44,035 nucleotides of DNA from a virus (IMGVR_UViG_3300025530_000020:1-44035), one strand, 5' to 3'. Counted from the stretch's first letter, positions 19,412 to 27,959 are shown. Numbers and translations are program-made. Notes: generated from the sequence alone by a model not told the origin.

Positions 19412-20515
19412 TCAGGCGCCCCTGCCTTGTGCCGGAGGCTGATACTCGAACGAACGCACCAGGAGGCGGCGCGACGACATATTCAACTTCCGAAGCCATG
19501 GATCAGATGTCGTCGTACGCACAGACCTGGCTTTCGATTTAGTTTCACGCCAACGCGGCGACCTGCTATGCAGCGCTATCATGCCGGGATGAGCAACCAC
19601 GTTTCTGCACCGGTAACCACGGTCGGCGAGATACTGCCCCAACCAATCAGCAAGGCGCGAAGCGATTCCCAAACCCTGATAGTCAGGCAGCACCACCAAC
19701 CGATGCAGCATTTTGATGTTGTTCGTACGCGGGTGGCTGAAGTGCCGGTAAGCCACGAAGGCGCACAACTGATCATCTACGGTAGCCACGAAACACTGCG
19801 CCGCAGAGACTAGCTCCGAACTCAGATAGTGGTGTCGAGCAAACACTCGCCAAACATCGCGCTTAGCTTTGAAGACCTTGAGGTTGAGGCTGGGTCGGGG
19901 TTGAACCGACCTCCACGAAAACTCTTGGGCAGCAACGTCATACACCCAATCAGGTTGCAGCCAATCAACCACGTCATAATGGCAGGTAACCGCCACCAAC
20001 CGGCGATTCTCGACACCCCGAATCGCCTTCTGCACGCTGTGCGACGCAACCCGCGCCACCTGCCGGTCGACAACGCTCGTGAACTCGTCAATAACCACAA
20101 GGTCTTCCGACTCAGCGATAGCGCGCGCCATATCAACGCGGAACTTCTCGCCATTACTCAACGTCGAGTACGGTCGCAGCCACGCCGGAACGGTGCCGAA
20201 ACCAACGCTTGTCAACAGGTTCGTGATATCGCGAATCGGCATGCCGGTCGGGAACTGATCGATGACCGGCGCATCATCGGACCAATCAAAACGCTCCCGC
20301 ACCAGATCGCCCCAAATGCGTTTAGCCAGAACGCTTTTCCCACTACCCGACGGCCCGACAATAAGCCCGACGCGCCAATCAGCGTCATCAATCGGCAAGT
20401 CATGCCGCCACGACAACGCCAACTTCTCGTCAAGGCTTACATCGAACATGCCCGACACCTGCTGCGCCCTGGCGCTACGCGGCGGATCAACCGTCAAATC
20501 AATGTCAACCCTCAA
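19412..20515 (-). CDS. ABC-type ATPase fused to GNAT (Mom-like) acyltransferase, copy 2
   Basis: Walker A GPSGSGKS, signature LSNGE, Walker B VVIDEF, and acyl-CoA motif VVLPDYQGLGIA. Confidence 0.88.
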   Translation of the reverse strand: MRVDIDLTVDPPRSARAQQVSGMFDVSLDEKLALSWRHDLPIDDADWRVGLIVGPSGSGKSVLAKRIWGDLVRERFDWSDDAPVIDQFPTGMPIRDITNLLTSVGFGTVPAWLRPYSTLSNGEKFRVDMARAIAESEDLVVIDEFTSVVDRQVARVASHSVQKAIRGVENRRLVAVTCHYDVVDWLQPDWVYDVAAQEFSWRSVQPRPSLNLKVFKAKRDVWRVFARHHYLSSELVSAAQCFVATVDDQLCAFVAYRHFSHPRTNNIKMLHRLVVLPDYQGLGIASRLADWLGQYLADRGYRCRNVVAHPGMIALHSRSPRWRETKSKARSVRTTTSDPWLRKLNMSSRRLLVRSFEYQPPAQGRGA

Positions 20516-20559
20516 CGCCCTAACCCCAGCCTGCCATTGACGTTCTCCCTCAACTGCTC

Positions 20560-21231
20560 TCAGACACGAAAGCGTCCGTCGTCGTGCTCCAAGTGCTTCC
20601 GACGCCAGTCGTCGTCGCGGTACGGCTCCACGATCCGTTCACCGCGATACTCGACATAGGCACCGTACTCGTCAAACCCGTAGGTGCCCGGCGCATCCCA
20701 CGGCTGCGAACGATCCACGACAAGCTCACCCTCGACCAACTTGGCGAGCGCTGCGGCCTGCCGGATCACATAGTGCCCCGAACTACGCGTAGCGACAGCC
20801 TTGAAGGCGAGCCACAGACCGGCGGCGGTGTCCCCGATGTAGAACGGCAACATGCCACGATCACCCCAGGCGCGAGCCTGGGCAATCACATCGAAACTGC
20901 GTTCATCGTCGTCGGCCCGCAGCGAAACCCACACCACATCAAGGGCTTCGGCTACCTCGGCCGGGTCGATCCCCCACCGCTGCCACGCGTCGGCCCGATG
21001 GTTGTCGATGATGACATCGAACCGGCCCTTCGGAATGTTCACTACCTCTCGGGAGTGGCGCTCCTGCAACACTTTTCCGTATTGCAACCACTTCCATAGC
21101 TGCTTGCCGTTATGCAGTCCCAGTACCGGGTCATTCTGCTGGTACCACTTCTCCACGCAGTGGCCCTGCTCAGCGAGCACCATCCCCGCGTACGCCGGTG
21201 CCACATACTGCCCAAGCTCCAACACAATCAT
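20560..21231 (-). CDS. Compact class III CoA-transferase (CaiB/BaiF-like)
   Basis: N-terminus IVLELGQYVAPAYAGMVLAEQG..VEK, DVIIDNHR (compare DVLVENFR), and IGDTAAG at the position of the catalytic Asp. Only 223 aa. Confidence 0.8.
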   Translation of the reverse strand: MIVLELGQYVAPAYAGMVLAEQGHCVEKWYQQNDPVLGLHNGKQLWKWLQYGKVLQERHSREVVNIPKGRFDVIIDNHRADAWQRWGIDPAEVAEALDVVWVSLRADDDERSFDVIAQARAWGDRGMLPFYIGDTAAGLWLAFKAVATRSSGHYVIRQAAALAKLVEGELVVDRSQPWDAPGTYGFDEYGAYVEYRGERIVEPYRDDDWRRKHLEHDDGRFRV

Positions 21232-21575
21232 CGGTACTCAACCCTGCGCTCGACGCGGTTGTCCTTATCGCAGAACACAACCCGCGCACCAGGGAACGCC
21301 TCGGCCTGCCGGTACGCGATCACCACACAACGATCACCGACCACACCCAATCGAGCGCCGCCGCCGTTGAGCGTGAACACACCGGGAGTGTCGCCAGGCA
21401 GAACGTATGTCGTCCAGCGGCTTCCGTTGTTGAGGTTGACCACATCAACCTGCTCATAGGGCCTGATATCGACCTCGGCCAGCAATTCTGACGCGATGGT
21501 GACGCTGCCGACATAATCCACGCTGGCATCGGTCACGTGCAGGTTGTGCAGCTTCGCTGCCACGAACGTTCTCAT
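21228..21575 (-). CDS. panD: Aspartate 1-decarboxylase (pyruvoyl-dependent)
   Basis: AKLH..VT.A..DYVGSVTI (Gly-Ser autocleavage site), NNGSRWTTYV, LNGGGAR and GDRCVVIAY. Confidence 0.93.
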   Translation of the reverse strand: MRTFVAAKLHNLHVTDASVDYVGSVTIASELLAEVDIRPYEQVDVVNLNNGSRWTTYVLPGDTPGVFTLNGGGARLGVVGDRCVVIAYRQAEAFPGARVVFCDKDNRVERRVEYR

Positions 21576-22672
21576 GAGACTTGCTCTTTCGCTGGCGGCT
21601 GATACTCAAATGAGCGCACCACCAGGCGTCGGCTCGACAACGCTTGCCGCTTCAGGCTGCGGCTCTTCGATGTCGTCCGCACAGACTTGCTCCGCGAGTG
21701 TGTCTCACGCCAACGGGGCGACCGCGAGTACAGCGCGATCATCGCCGGGTGTGCCACGACATTGCGGTAGCGATAGCCCTGATCAGCTAGCCACTGCCCA
21801 AGCCAATCTTCAAGCCGCGACGCGATTCCCAAGCCCTGATAGTCCGGCAGCACGACCAGCCGGTGACCCATCTTGATATTGCGGGTCTTGGCGTGTGGGA
21901 AGTGCAGGTAGCTGGTGAAGGCGCACAGTTCGCCGTCTACGCACGCCACGAAACACTTTGCGGACTTCGCGATTTCGGAACTCAGATAGTGGTGTCGCGC
22001 AAAAACCTTCCATACAGAGGTCGAAGCCTCGTGGACTGTGAGCCGCATGGCCGGTCGGGGTCGAACCGACCTCCACGAAAACTCAAGCCGCGTAACATCA
22101 TAGACCCAGTCCGGCTGAAGCCAATCGATTACATCGTAGTGACAGGTGACGGCGACGAACTGCCGGTTGCTGCGCCTGATCATCTTCTGAACACAGTGGG
22201 AGGCAACGCGAGCCACCTGCCGGTCGACCACGCTGCTGAACTCGTCCACCACAACCAATGAGCCATCAGACTCGGCAACGGCACGCGCCATATCGGTTCT
22301 GAAGCGCTCACCGTTGCTCAAAGTTGAGTAGGGACGCAACCAGGCCGGTACCGTGCCGAACCCGACGCTCGTCAACAGCGCCGTGATGTCCCTGATCGAC
22401 ATATCGCGTGGGAACTGGTCGATGATCGGCTTGTCGGTCCACTCAAAGCCATCGACAACGCGGTCACCCCAAAGTTCGCGAGCCAGAACGGACTTGCCAG
22501 CGCCGGAAGCCCCAACCACAAGACCGACCTGCCACGGCCTCTCCTCGATGGGCAGGTTGTGTGACCAGCTGGCCGCAAGCTTGTCGGTCAGAGGTACATC
22601 GAACATGCCCGACACCTGCTGCGCCCTGACGCTACGCGGCGGATCAAGCGTCAAATCAATGTCAACCCTCAC
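21572..22672 (-). CDS. ABC-type ATPase fused to GNAT (Mom-like) acyltransferase, copy 1
   Basis: GASGAGKS, LSNGE, VVVDEF and VVLPDYQGLGIA motifs. Full-length paralog of 19412-20515. Confidence 0.88.
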   Translation of the reverse strand: MRVDIDLTLDPPRSVRAQQVSGMFDVPLTDKLAASWSHNLPIEERPWQVGLVVGASGAGKSVLARELWGDRVVDGFEWTDKPIIDQFPRDMSIRDITALLTSVGFGTVPAWLRPYSTLSNGERFRTDMARAVAESDGSLVVVDEFSSVVDRQVARVASHCVQKMIRRSNRQFVAVTCHYDVIDWLQPDWVYDVTRLEFSWRSVRPRPAMRLTVHEASTSVWKVFARHHYLSSEIAKSAKCFVACVDGELCAFTSYLHFPHAKTRNIKMGHRLVVLPDYQGLGIASRLEDWLGQWLADQGYRYRNVVAHPAMIALYSRSPRWRETHSRSKSVRTTSKSRSLKRQALSSRRLVVRSFEYQPPAKEQVS

Positions 22673-23232
22673 ATCAACGCCCTAACCCGAAACCCTTCTG
22701 CATCAAGGCGTTCCAGTAGCAGCGTCTGCTGCGCCTCAGTGTCACACTCAACAACAACCCCGAACACCACCGGCGGCTCTTCGATTGGAGCATCGCCGTC
22801 AACAATGCTCCCCGCCAGCAGCTTGTCGAGGTCTTCGTCGGTGTAGCCGGTGCCGGACAGGTCAGGAAGCTCCTGCAACAACTCCGCCAGCACCTCGTCG
22901 TCGTACCCACCCAGGTCGGCTGTTCTGTTGTCTGCCAACACAATCCGCTTCGCGGCGTCCTCGTCGACATCGATAACGAAGCACGTCACCCGATGCCACC
23001 GCTCATCGTCGGGGTACTTCTGCACAAGCTCACGGAACGCCATCACTGTGTGATTGCCCGCCAGCACCTCGTTCTCGCGCCCGGTGTGAGTCCCCCTGTT
23101 CACGACAACGGGCCGATACTGCCCATTTGCCAGCAGGGAACCGACAATCGCATCAACCTTGCCTTTGCGCGGATTACGTTGGTACAGACGCAATTCCGAC
23201 GGCGCGAACGCCTCAACCGCATATTCGCTCAT
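22669..23232 (-). CDS. ParB/Srx N-terminal-domain protein
   Basis: RNPRKG..IVGSL..GQYRPVVVN..VLAGNHT..A and LADNRTADLGGYD motifs. Confidence 0.88.
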   Translation of the reverse strand: MSEYAVEAFAPSELRLYQRNPRKGKVDAIVGSLLANGQYRPVVVNRGTHTGRENEVLAGNHTVMAFRELVQKYPDDERWHRVTCFVIDVDEDAAKRIVLADNRTADLGGYDDEVLAELLQELPDLSGTGYTDEDLDKLLAGSIVDGDAPIEEPPVVFGVVVECDTEAQQTLLLERLDAEGFRVRALM

Positions 23233-23299
23233 GGTGACTGTGTTTTCCTTTACTTCCTCTGTGCGCCAACAGTTCTGGCGCGACCTCCTACGAGCCTAC

Positions 23300-24300
23300 C
23301 GCCTCTGGGCGGCAACGCTTTCCGCGCACCTCGCTACGCAGCCGCCAAATCCATTGGCGCGCAGCAACGTCCCGACACGTCGAGGCGCACACGGAAAGCG
23401 TTGCGCGGCAATGACTCCCGCGCCCACGCTGCTGCCGCTCGCGGAAGTCGTTGCGGCACAACGCAACCCGACCTCGCCCCGGCCGCGGAAGTTGTTGCGG
23501 GACAACGACTTTAAGGGGCCTTCCAGAGCTGATCGCGCAAAAACGGAGGCGCGGGGCGGTGTCGCCTCGCCGGGGCCCCGGAGCTGAGCGCGCAAAAACG
23601 GAGGCGCGGGGCGGTGTCGCCTCGCCGGGGCCCCGGCGAGGGCCCCCCTCCCCCCTATGTGAGCGCCAAATGCGTTGGGCGGCAACGCTTTTGGTGCACC
23701 GGGGCGGGAAATGCGTTGGGCGGCAATGGATTTGGTGGCTGCGTGCGCGCGCTGGTGGGCGGGCGGCGGAGGCTGGGAGCCGCTGCGGTGCAACGGGTTT
23801 GGCGTGCGGCGCACGGGCTGGCGCGTTGGGCGTCGGGCAGTGTTGGGCGGGCGCGAGTTTGGCGCGCAGCCCGCGAATCCCGTTGTGCCACAACGCTACT
23901 GGCGGCGTGTAGGGCCGCAGAGCGTCGGTCGCGTTGCAGCACAATGCGTTTCGACGCTGCTCGCTGTATCGCGTTGGGCGGCAATGGGATTCGTTTGGCT
24001 TGTGGCGCAGTGCAGCGCGTCGATACCCGCCTTCGACCCAATGCCGTGTCATGCGCTGCACTGCGCTGGCCTGCCTGCAGCTACGTGCTGCTGGACTCGA
24101 ATCGCGTTGGGGCACAGTGCGGTTCGGCTCTACTGTGCTGGAATCCGTTGCGGCTAGCCCATTTTCGATTTTGGCCCCGATGCGGCCCGCGCCCGTGCCC
24201 GTGCCCGTGCCGGGTGACCGGGGTGGTGACTGCTGCGCTGTGCCGCAAGGCTTTTGGTTCAGCGTCCCGTTGGTTGGCTTGTGCGCCAATGGGTTTCGCG
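23300..24300. promoter_or_regulatory. Putative cos/packaging region with an array of CGTTG-N5-CAAYG palindromes
   Basis: Non-coding gap between HNH and the first late gene. About 13 palindromic 15-mers, a C-tract at 23643-23655, and a strand-composition switch. Confidence 0.7.
23526..23635. repeat. 55-bp tandem direct repeat (2 copies, 1 mismatch)
   Basis: GAGCTGA(T/G)CGCGCAAAAACGGAGGCGCGGGGCGGTGTCGCCTCGCCGGGGCCCCG at 23526-23580 and 23581-23635. Confidence 0.95.
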
Positions 24301-24382
24301 TTGCGCGCTCTGCGGTGGCAGCCCCGCCGGGCTGTGCGTGTGCTGTCGTGGGTTGCGTTGTGCGCGTTGATGTTCGGCGCGC

Positions 24383-24709
24383 TCATGTGATGATTCCTCT
24401 GGCGCGCTTGATGTCTTCGTTGGTTTTCTGCCTGTGGTGTTCGCGGCACAGGCTTTGGATATTGGTGACGTCATAGCGTCGGTGCGGCGCTTCCGCTATG
24501 GGGACAATGTGGTCAACTTCGTCGGCTGGCCGGTTGCATTCGGGCCATTGGCACCACGGGTTGTCGGCGAGCCATAGTTCGCGCATGCGTCGCCATCGGT
24601 AGGTTGAGCCGTTGTGGTGACTGCCTGTCCATGCGGGTCGGCACGGGCAGCGGTCGCCGTCGTATGTCTTGCGACAGGTTGGGCAGACACGTGGTGGCCG
24701 TTTAGGCAT
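24383..24709 (-). CDS. HNH endonuclease (terminase-associated, HK97 gp74-like)
   Basis: ATG 24709: MPKRPPRVCPTC..PWCQWPEC..ADEVDHIVP..NIQSLCREHHRQKT. Adjacent to the cos region. Confidence 0.92.
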   Translation of the reverse strand: MPKRPPRVCPTCRKTYDGDRCPCRPAWTGSHHNGSTYRWRRMRELWLADNPWCQWPECNRPADEVDHIVPIAEAPHRRYDVTNIQSLCREHHRQKTNEDIKRARGIIT

Positions 24710-24722
24710 CGTGGTTGCTTCG

Positions 24723-24998
24723 CTACCTGATGAGCGGGTTGGGCGGCAGCGTTGCGAGATCGACTTGGCCGCTTGGGTTGTGCATGACGGTGAACCCGTA
24801 CTGTGAGCCGGTATGCCGTTGCACGACAACGTCTTTGCGCGTTTTCGCCAAGTGTTCCATGACTTGGGCCATGTGTTCGATGATACGCGCCACTTCGGCG
24901 GTGGACAGTGCCCGAAGCCGTTCTGTCACCGTCTGTTCGGCGATGGTCGGGTTGGTCATGCGCTCGAAGATGGAGCGCCGTGGGTCCGGTGTTGTCAT
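24723..24998 (-). CDS. Hypothetical protein
   Basis: MTTPDPRRSIFER..., with an ATGA overlap with the upstream gene. Confidence 0.6.
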   Translation of the reverse strand: MTTPDPRRSIFERMTNPTIAEQTVTERLRALSTAEVARIIEHMAQVMEHLAKTRKDVVVQRHTGSQYGFTVMHNPSGQVDLATLPPNPLIR

Positions 24999-25528
24999 GG
25001 CACGTACAGCCTCGGCTCGTCGGGTGGTGTGCAGCTGTCGCACCGTCCTGCTGCGTCGAGCTGGTCGGTGTGTGCGCCGCATGCCCGACAGGTGTCGGAC
25101 CAGAAGTTCTCCTGTATGTGTGCCCGCATATCGTCGAGTCCTAGCCTGTTGTGCGGGCAGCGTGGATTCAGTTGGGAGACAGTGGATATGAACATGGCCG
25201 CGTCGACGGCTGAGACGCCGTCGACTGCTGGCAGGCTGACCAGGTGCTCGCTGGTGCACGCCGTTTTGTTGCAGCGGATCACGTATGTTGTGGGTGCTGC
25301 GGTGTCGGCGCCGTCGGGCTGTGTTGGGACGCCGAGCATTCCGTGGTTGTCGAGTAGGTCGACGATTGCTGTTGCGACTTTGCGCCGCAGTGTGCGCACG
25401 TGTTCGTTGTCGTACGCGAACGGCAGCATGTTGATGGTGCCGTAATCGGGGTCGGGCAGCGCGATGAGATGTTCGTACAGGAGGTTAATCGCGTTGTCCC
25501 GCAGTTGGTTTGGTGACTGTGTTGACAT
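24995..25528 (-). CDS. Hypothetical Cys-containing protein
   Basis: 177 aa with several CxxC-like motifs. Coupled to its neighbours. Confidence 0.65.
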   Translation of the reverse strand: MSTQSPNQLRDNAINLLYEHLIALPDPDYGTINMLPFAYDNEHVRTLRRKVATAIVDLLDNHGMLGVPTQPDGADTAAPTTYVIRCNKTACTSEHLVSLPAVDGVSAVDAAMFISTVSQLNPRCPHNRLGLDDMRAHIQENFWSDTCRACGAHTDQLDAAGRCDSCTPPDEPRLYVP

Positions 25529-25697
25529 GGGTGCGGGCTGCTTCCCATTCGGTGAGTAGTTGGTTGATGCGCCGGTGTGCGGCGTCGTCGAGTTTACGTG
25601 CCTGTTCGGGGCCGAGTCGTGCGCGCCGGAACCGGAGTCGTGTCAGTTCGTTGACGATTCGCACCTGAAGGATTTCGACGTCGGTTGGCGCGTCCAT
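25485..25697 (-). CDS. Hypothetical protein
   Basis: MDAPTDVEILQVRIVNEL..RRINQLLTEW, a helical ORF. Confidence 0.55.
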   Translation of the reverse strand: MDAPTDVEILQVRIVNELTRLRFRRARLGPEQARKLDDAAHRRINQLLTEWEAARTHVNTVTKPTAGQRD

Positions 25698-25983
25698 GTT
25701 CGTTGAATCGGTGTTGTGGCGGGATGCCTCGCCGTCGAGGCGGTGGGACGGTCGAGGCATCCCGCTTGCGCCCGAGAGTTATGGCGAACAACTTATGGCA
25801 TAGTGGTGCCGCTGTTGCTCGTTGTGCAAAATACCTCAGCCTGAGACGTTTTGCCACAACGCTGTGTTCAGCTCTCCGGCGTGTCCTCGTCGCAGTACCG
25901 GCAAGTCCAGCCGTAGCGCCGGTGGTAGACGAGTGCTTCACCGCACAGTTCGCACGTGTTCGGTTCGTCGTCGTACTGGCTGC

Positions 25984-26898
25984 TCATGCGTTGGCTGCCT
26001 TTCGTTTTCGCCCGCCGAGCGGTCGTCCTCGCCTGCCGGGCTTGGAGCTTTCCTCACGCGCTTTGCGTGCGTCGGCCACACGATATACCGGTTTGTCGTG
26101 GGGGCTGGTGCGTGCCACACCGATTCGTCGATTGTCTGGGCGTAGGTAGCCAGCGGGTTTGAGTTTGCCGACTTTTGGGTCGGCCCAGTGGTAGAGGGTC
26201 CGCATCGGCACGGGTGTGCCGAGCATGCGTAGTACCCGGTGGATTTCGGGAATGGTGCAGCGATAGCTGTCGGCGCGTGCGAGTAGGTGGTTGATGAGTT
26301 GTTCGACGTTGTGTGTGGTTCCGCATGCGGGGCAACGTACTTCGATTGCGCCTCGTCGGGCCATGAGTCGTGTGCCGCAGTCGTGTCGGTGCCCGTTGCA
26401 GTCGCCTTTGCATCGGCTGTGGTCGGTGATGATGGTTGGGCAGGGTCCGCAGAACTGGGGCGGTATGGGCCGGTTGATGAGGACGAGTGCTGTGCGTATG
26501 TCGTCGCGCAGCGTTGTGAGCAGTTGATGGCTGTCGCGTTGTGCGGCAAGGTGCTTGATGTGTGTCGCCAGGAACAGCGCGTGGACTGTCGGTGTACGCG
26601 GTACGCGGGGTCGGGTGGTGATCGCGATACCGTTCGTGGCCGCGATGTTTTCGGCCCAGCCGCGTAGCGTGTCCTCCAGCTTCGCTGCCAGCGCTGACGC
26701 TTTCGGGTTCAGTTGCACGCCTTTGGTGTCCGATGGTGTGCGCCGTGCGTTGTCGCCGAGTTTCACGTTGCCGACGGCTGCGTCGTGCAGGTAGTCGACG
26801 ATGGTGGGTGCGCGAAGCAGGTGTTCGCGTAGTGTGCGCTGGCAGTCTGCGCACAGGTAGGTGGCGCTGTCGGCGTGGCAGTTCTCGCAACGGGTCAC
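25984..26898 (-). CDS. Zn-finger/HTH protein typical of mycobacteriophage genome right ends (possible late regulator)
   Basis: GTG 26898: CENC..LCADC; GPCP..CGT.L; CPACG; C-terminal RTLYHW..KPVYRVADAR. Confidence 0.75.
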   Translation of the reverse strand: MTRCENCHADSATYLCADCQRTLREHLLRAPTIVDYLHDAAVGNVKLGDNARRTPSDTKGVQLNPKASALAAKLEDTLRGWAENIAATNGIAITTRPRVPRTPTVHALFLATHIKHLAAQRDSHQLLTTLRDDIRTALVLINRPIPPQFCGPCPTIITDHSRCKGDCNGHRHDCGTRLMARRGAIEVRCPACGTTHNVEQLINHLLARADSYRCTIPEIHRVLRMLGTPVPMRTLYHWADPKVGKLKPAGYLRPDNRRIGVARTSPHDKPVYRVADARKAREESSKPGRRGRPLGGRKRKAANA

Positions 26899-27227
26899 AG
26901 TGTGGCTCCAAACGCTATGGGTTCGACGCTGAGAAGGTCGTAGAACGACGAAAACGGCCTGCCGCAGTCGAAGCATCGTGGCGGACCCTGTTCGTGCCTC
27001 TGCGTGGCAATCAGGGCCACATACGACTCCTGTGCGCGTGCGACTACCGCGTGCAGGCAGGTTTCGCACAACGTGTAGGCACGGTCGCCGTTCGGGTCCA
27101 GTTGCGCAAGCGTTGCGCACCTGTCGAGCGCGTGCAGCCGCACAATGTAGCGCGCCGGACGCGTGCAGGGTTTCAGCCCCTCGCACGCGATTTCGATGGC
27201 TGAGACAAGTTCGGCAATGGATGTCAT
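26895..27227 (-). CDS. Hypothetical Zn-binding protein
   Basis: MTSIAELVSAIEIACEG..LCETC..CFDCG, with 4-nt overlaps on both sides. Confidence 0.65.
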   Translation of the reverse strand: MTSIAELVSAIEIACEGLKPCTRPARYIVRLHALDRCATLAQLDPNGDRAYTLCETCLHAVVARAQESYVALIATQRHEQGPPRCFDCGRPFSSFYDLLSVEPIAFGATL

Positions 27228-27901
27228 TGGTCGGGCAGGACTTTCACGTTGGTGGTGACAAGGATGATCGCTCCGGGCCTCTCGCCCGGCTCGGCGTAGC
27301 GTTTGCGGCTGTGGGTTTCGACGACCTGTGAATCGTCGTGCCACACAATGCCGGTCAGCGCGTCCTCAATCGCGCGTACCAGCTTCGACAGGTCCGGGTA
27401 CTTGGTGTGCGCCGGTGTTGTCCTCTTGGGCAGCGATTTCGGGCGTTCACGGACGAATGTCACGTCGAGCATGACAGCGCCTTCGAACATCGGCAGCGGA
27501 CCGTGATGTGCTTGCGTCCCATGCGCGCCGCGACAAATCCGCCCGTCGCGGCGCGCAGGCGTCCCATTAATAGCCGCTCCGCTACCGCTCCGCGGGGTAG
27601 CGCGAACCGCTTCGCGGTCCGCGCAAGAAGGCGTCCCATGCATACCCATCTCCGAGCTGAATGCCCTTCTACGCCAATGTCCCTGCATTGCGGCTCGGGC
27701 ACAGTACGCAACCTTGTCGCGCCATTCCTTGAGTCCCTTGGTCTTGTCGTACAGCGAGCCGTAGCGGTTGCGGATGATGTTGCCCTGCTGTACAGGTTGT
27801 CCGGCGACGATGAACTCCACTGTCTGATGATGGTTTCCGTCGTCGTCGACCCACACCGAGGCGGGTGCCCAATCCCACGGGACATGTTCGAAACCTCTCA
27901 T
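27224..27901 (-). CDS. rusA: RusA-like Holliday junction resolvase with ~60-aa internal insertion
   Basis: FIVAGQPVQQG, WRDKVA and PDLSKLVRAIEDALTGIVWHDDSQVV motifs. ATG 27901 with AGAGGG RBS. Confidence 0.88.
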   Translation of the reverse strand: MRGFEHVPWDWAPASVWVDDDGNHHQTVEFIVAGQPVQQGNIIRNRYGSLYDKTKGLKEWRDKVAYCARAAMQGHWRRRAFSSEMGMHGTPSCADREAVRATPRSGSGAAINGTPARRDGRICRGAHGTQAHHGPLPMFEGAVMLDVTFVRERPKSLPKRTTPAHTKYPDLSKLVRAIEDALTGIVWHDDSQVVETHSRKRYAEPGERPGAIILVTTNVKVLPDQ

Positions 27902-27959
27902 CGTGTTCCCTCTTCTCGTTGAGTCATGCTGTCCCAGCAAACTTTCCGACTGTCGGTCG

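Noticed and set aside
21228-21575. panD as host contamination or a prophage boundary
   Set aside because: It overlaps phage-cassette genes by 4 nt on both sides and lies between the cos region and terS.
19412-22672. ABC transporter
   Set aside because: There is no permease or substrate-binding gene, and both ATPases are fused to GNAT domains.
214-23500. Many long plus-strand ORFs (e.g. 4534-6120, 12707-13924, 14145-15365, 17716-19059)
   Set aside because: These are antisense shadows of well-supported minus-strand genes in high-GC DNA and have no recognisable motifs.
23288-24476. ORFs of 120-333 aa in several frames across the cos region
   Set aside because: They are low-complexity Ala/Arg/Pro/Cys translations of the repeat array with no clear RBS or domain.
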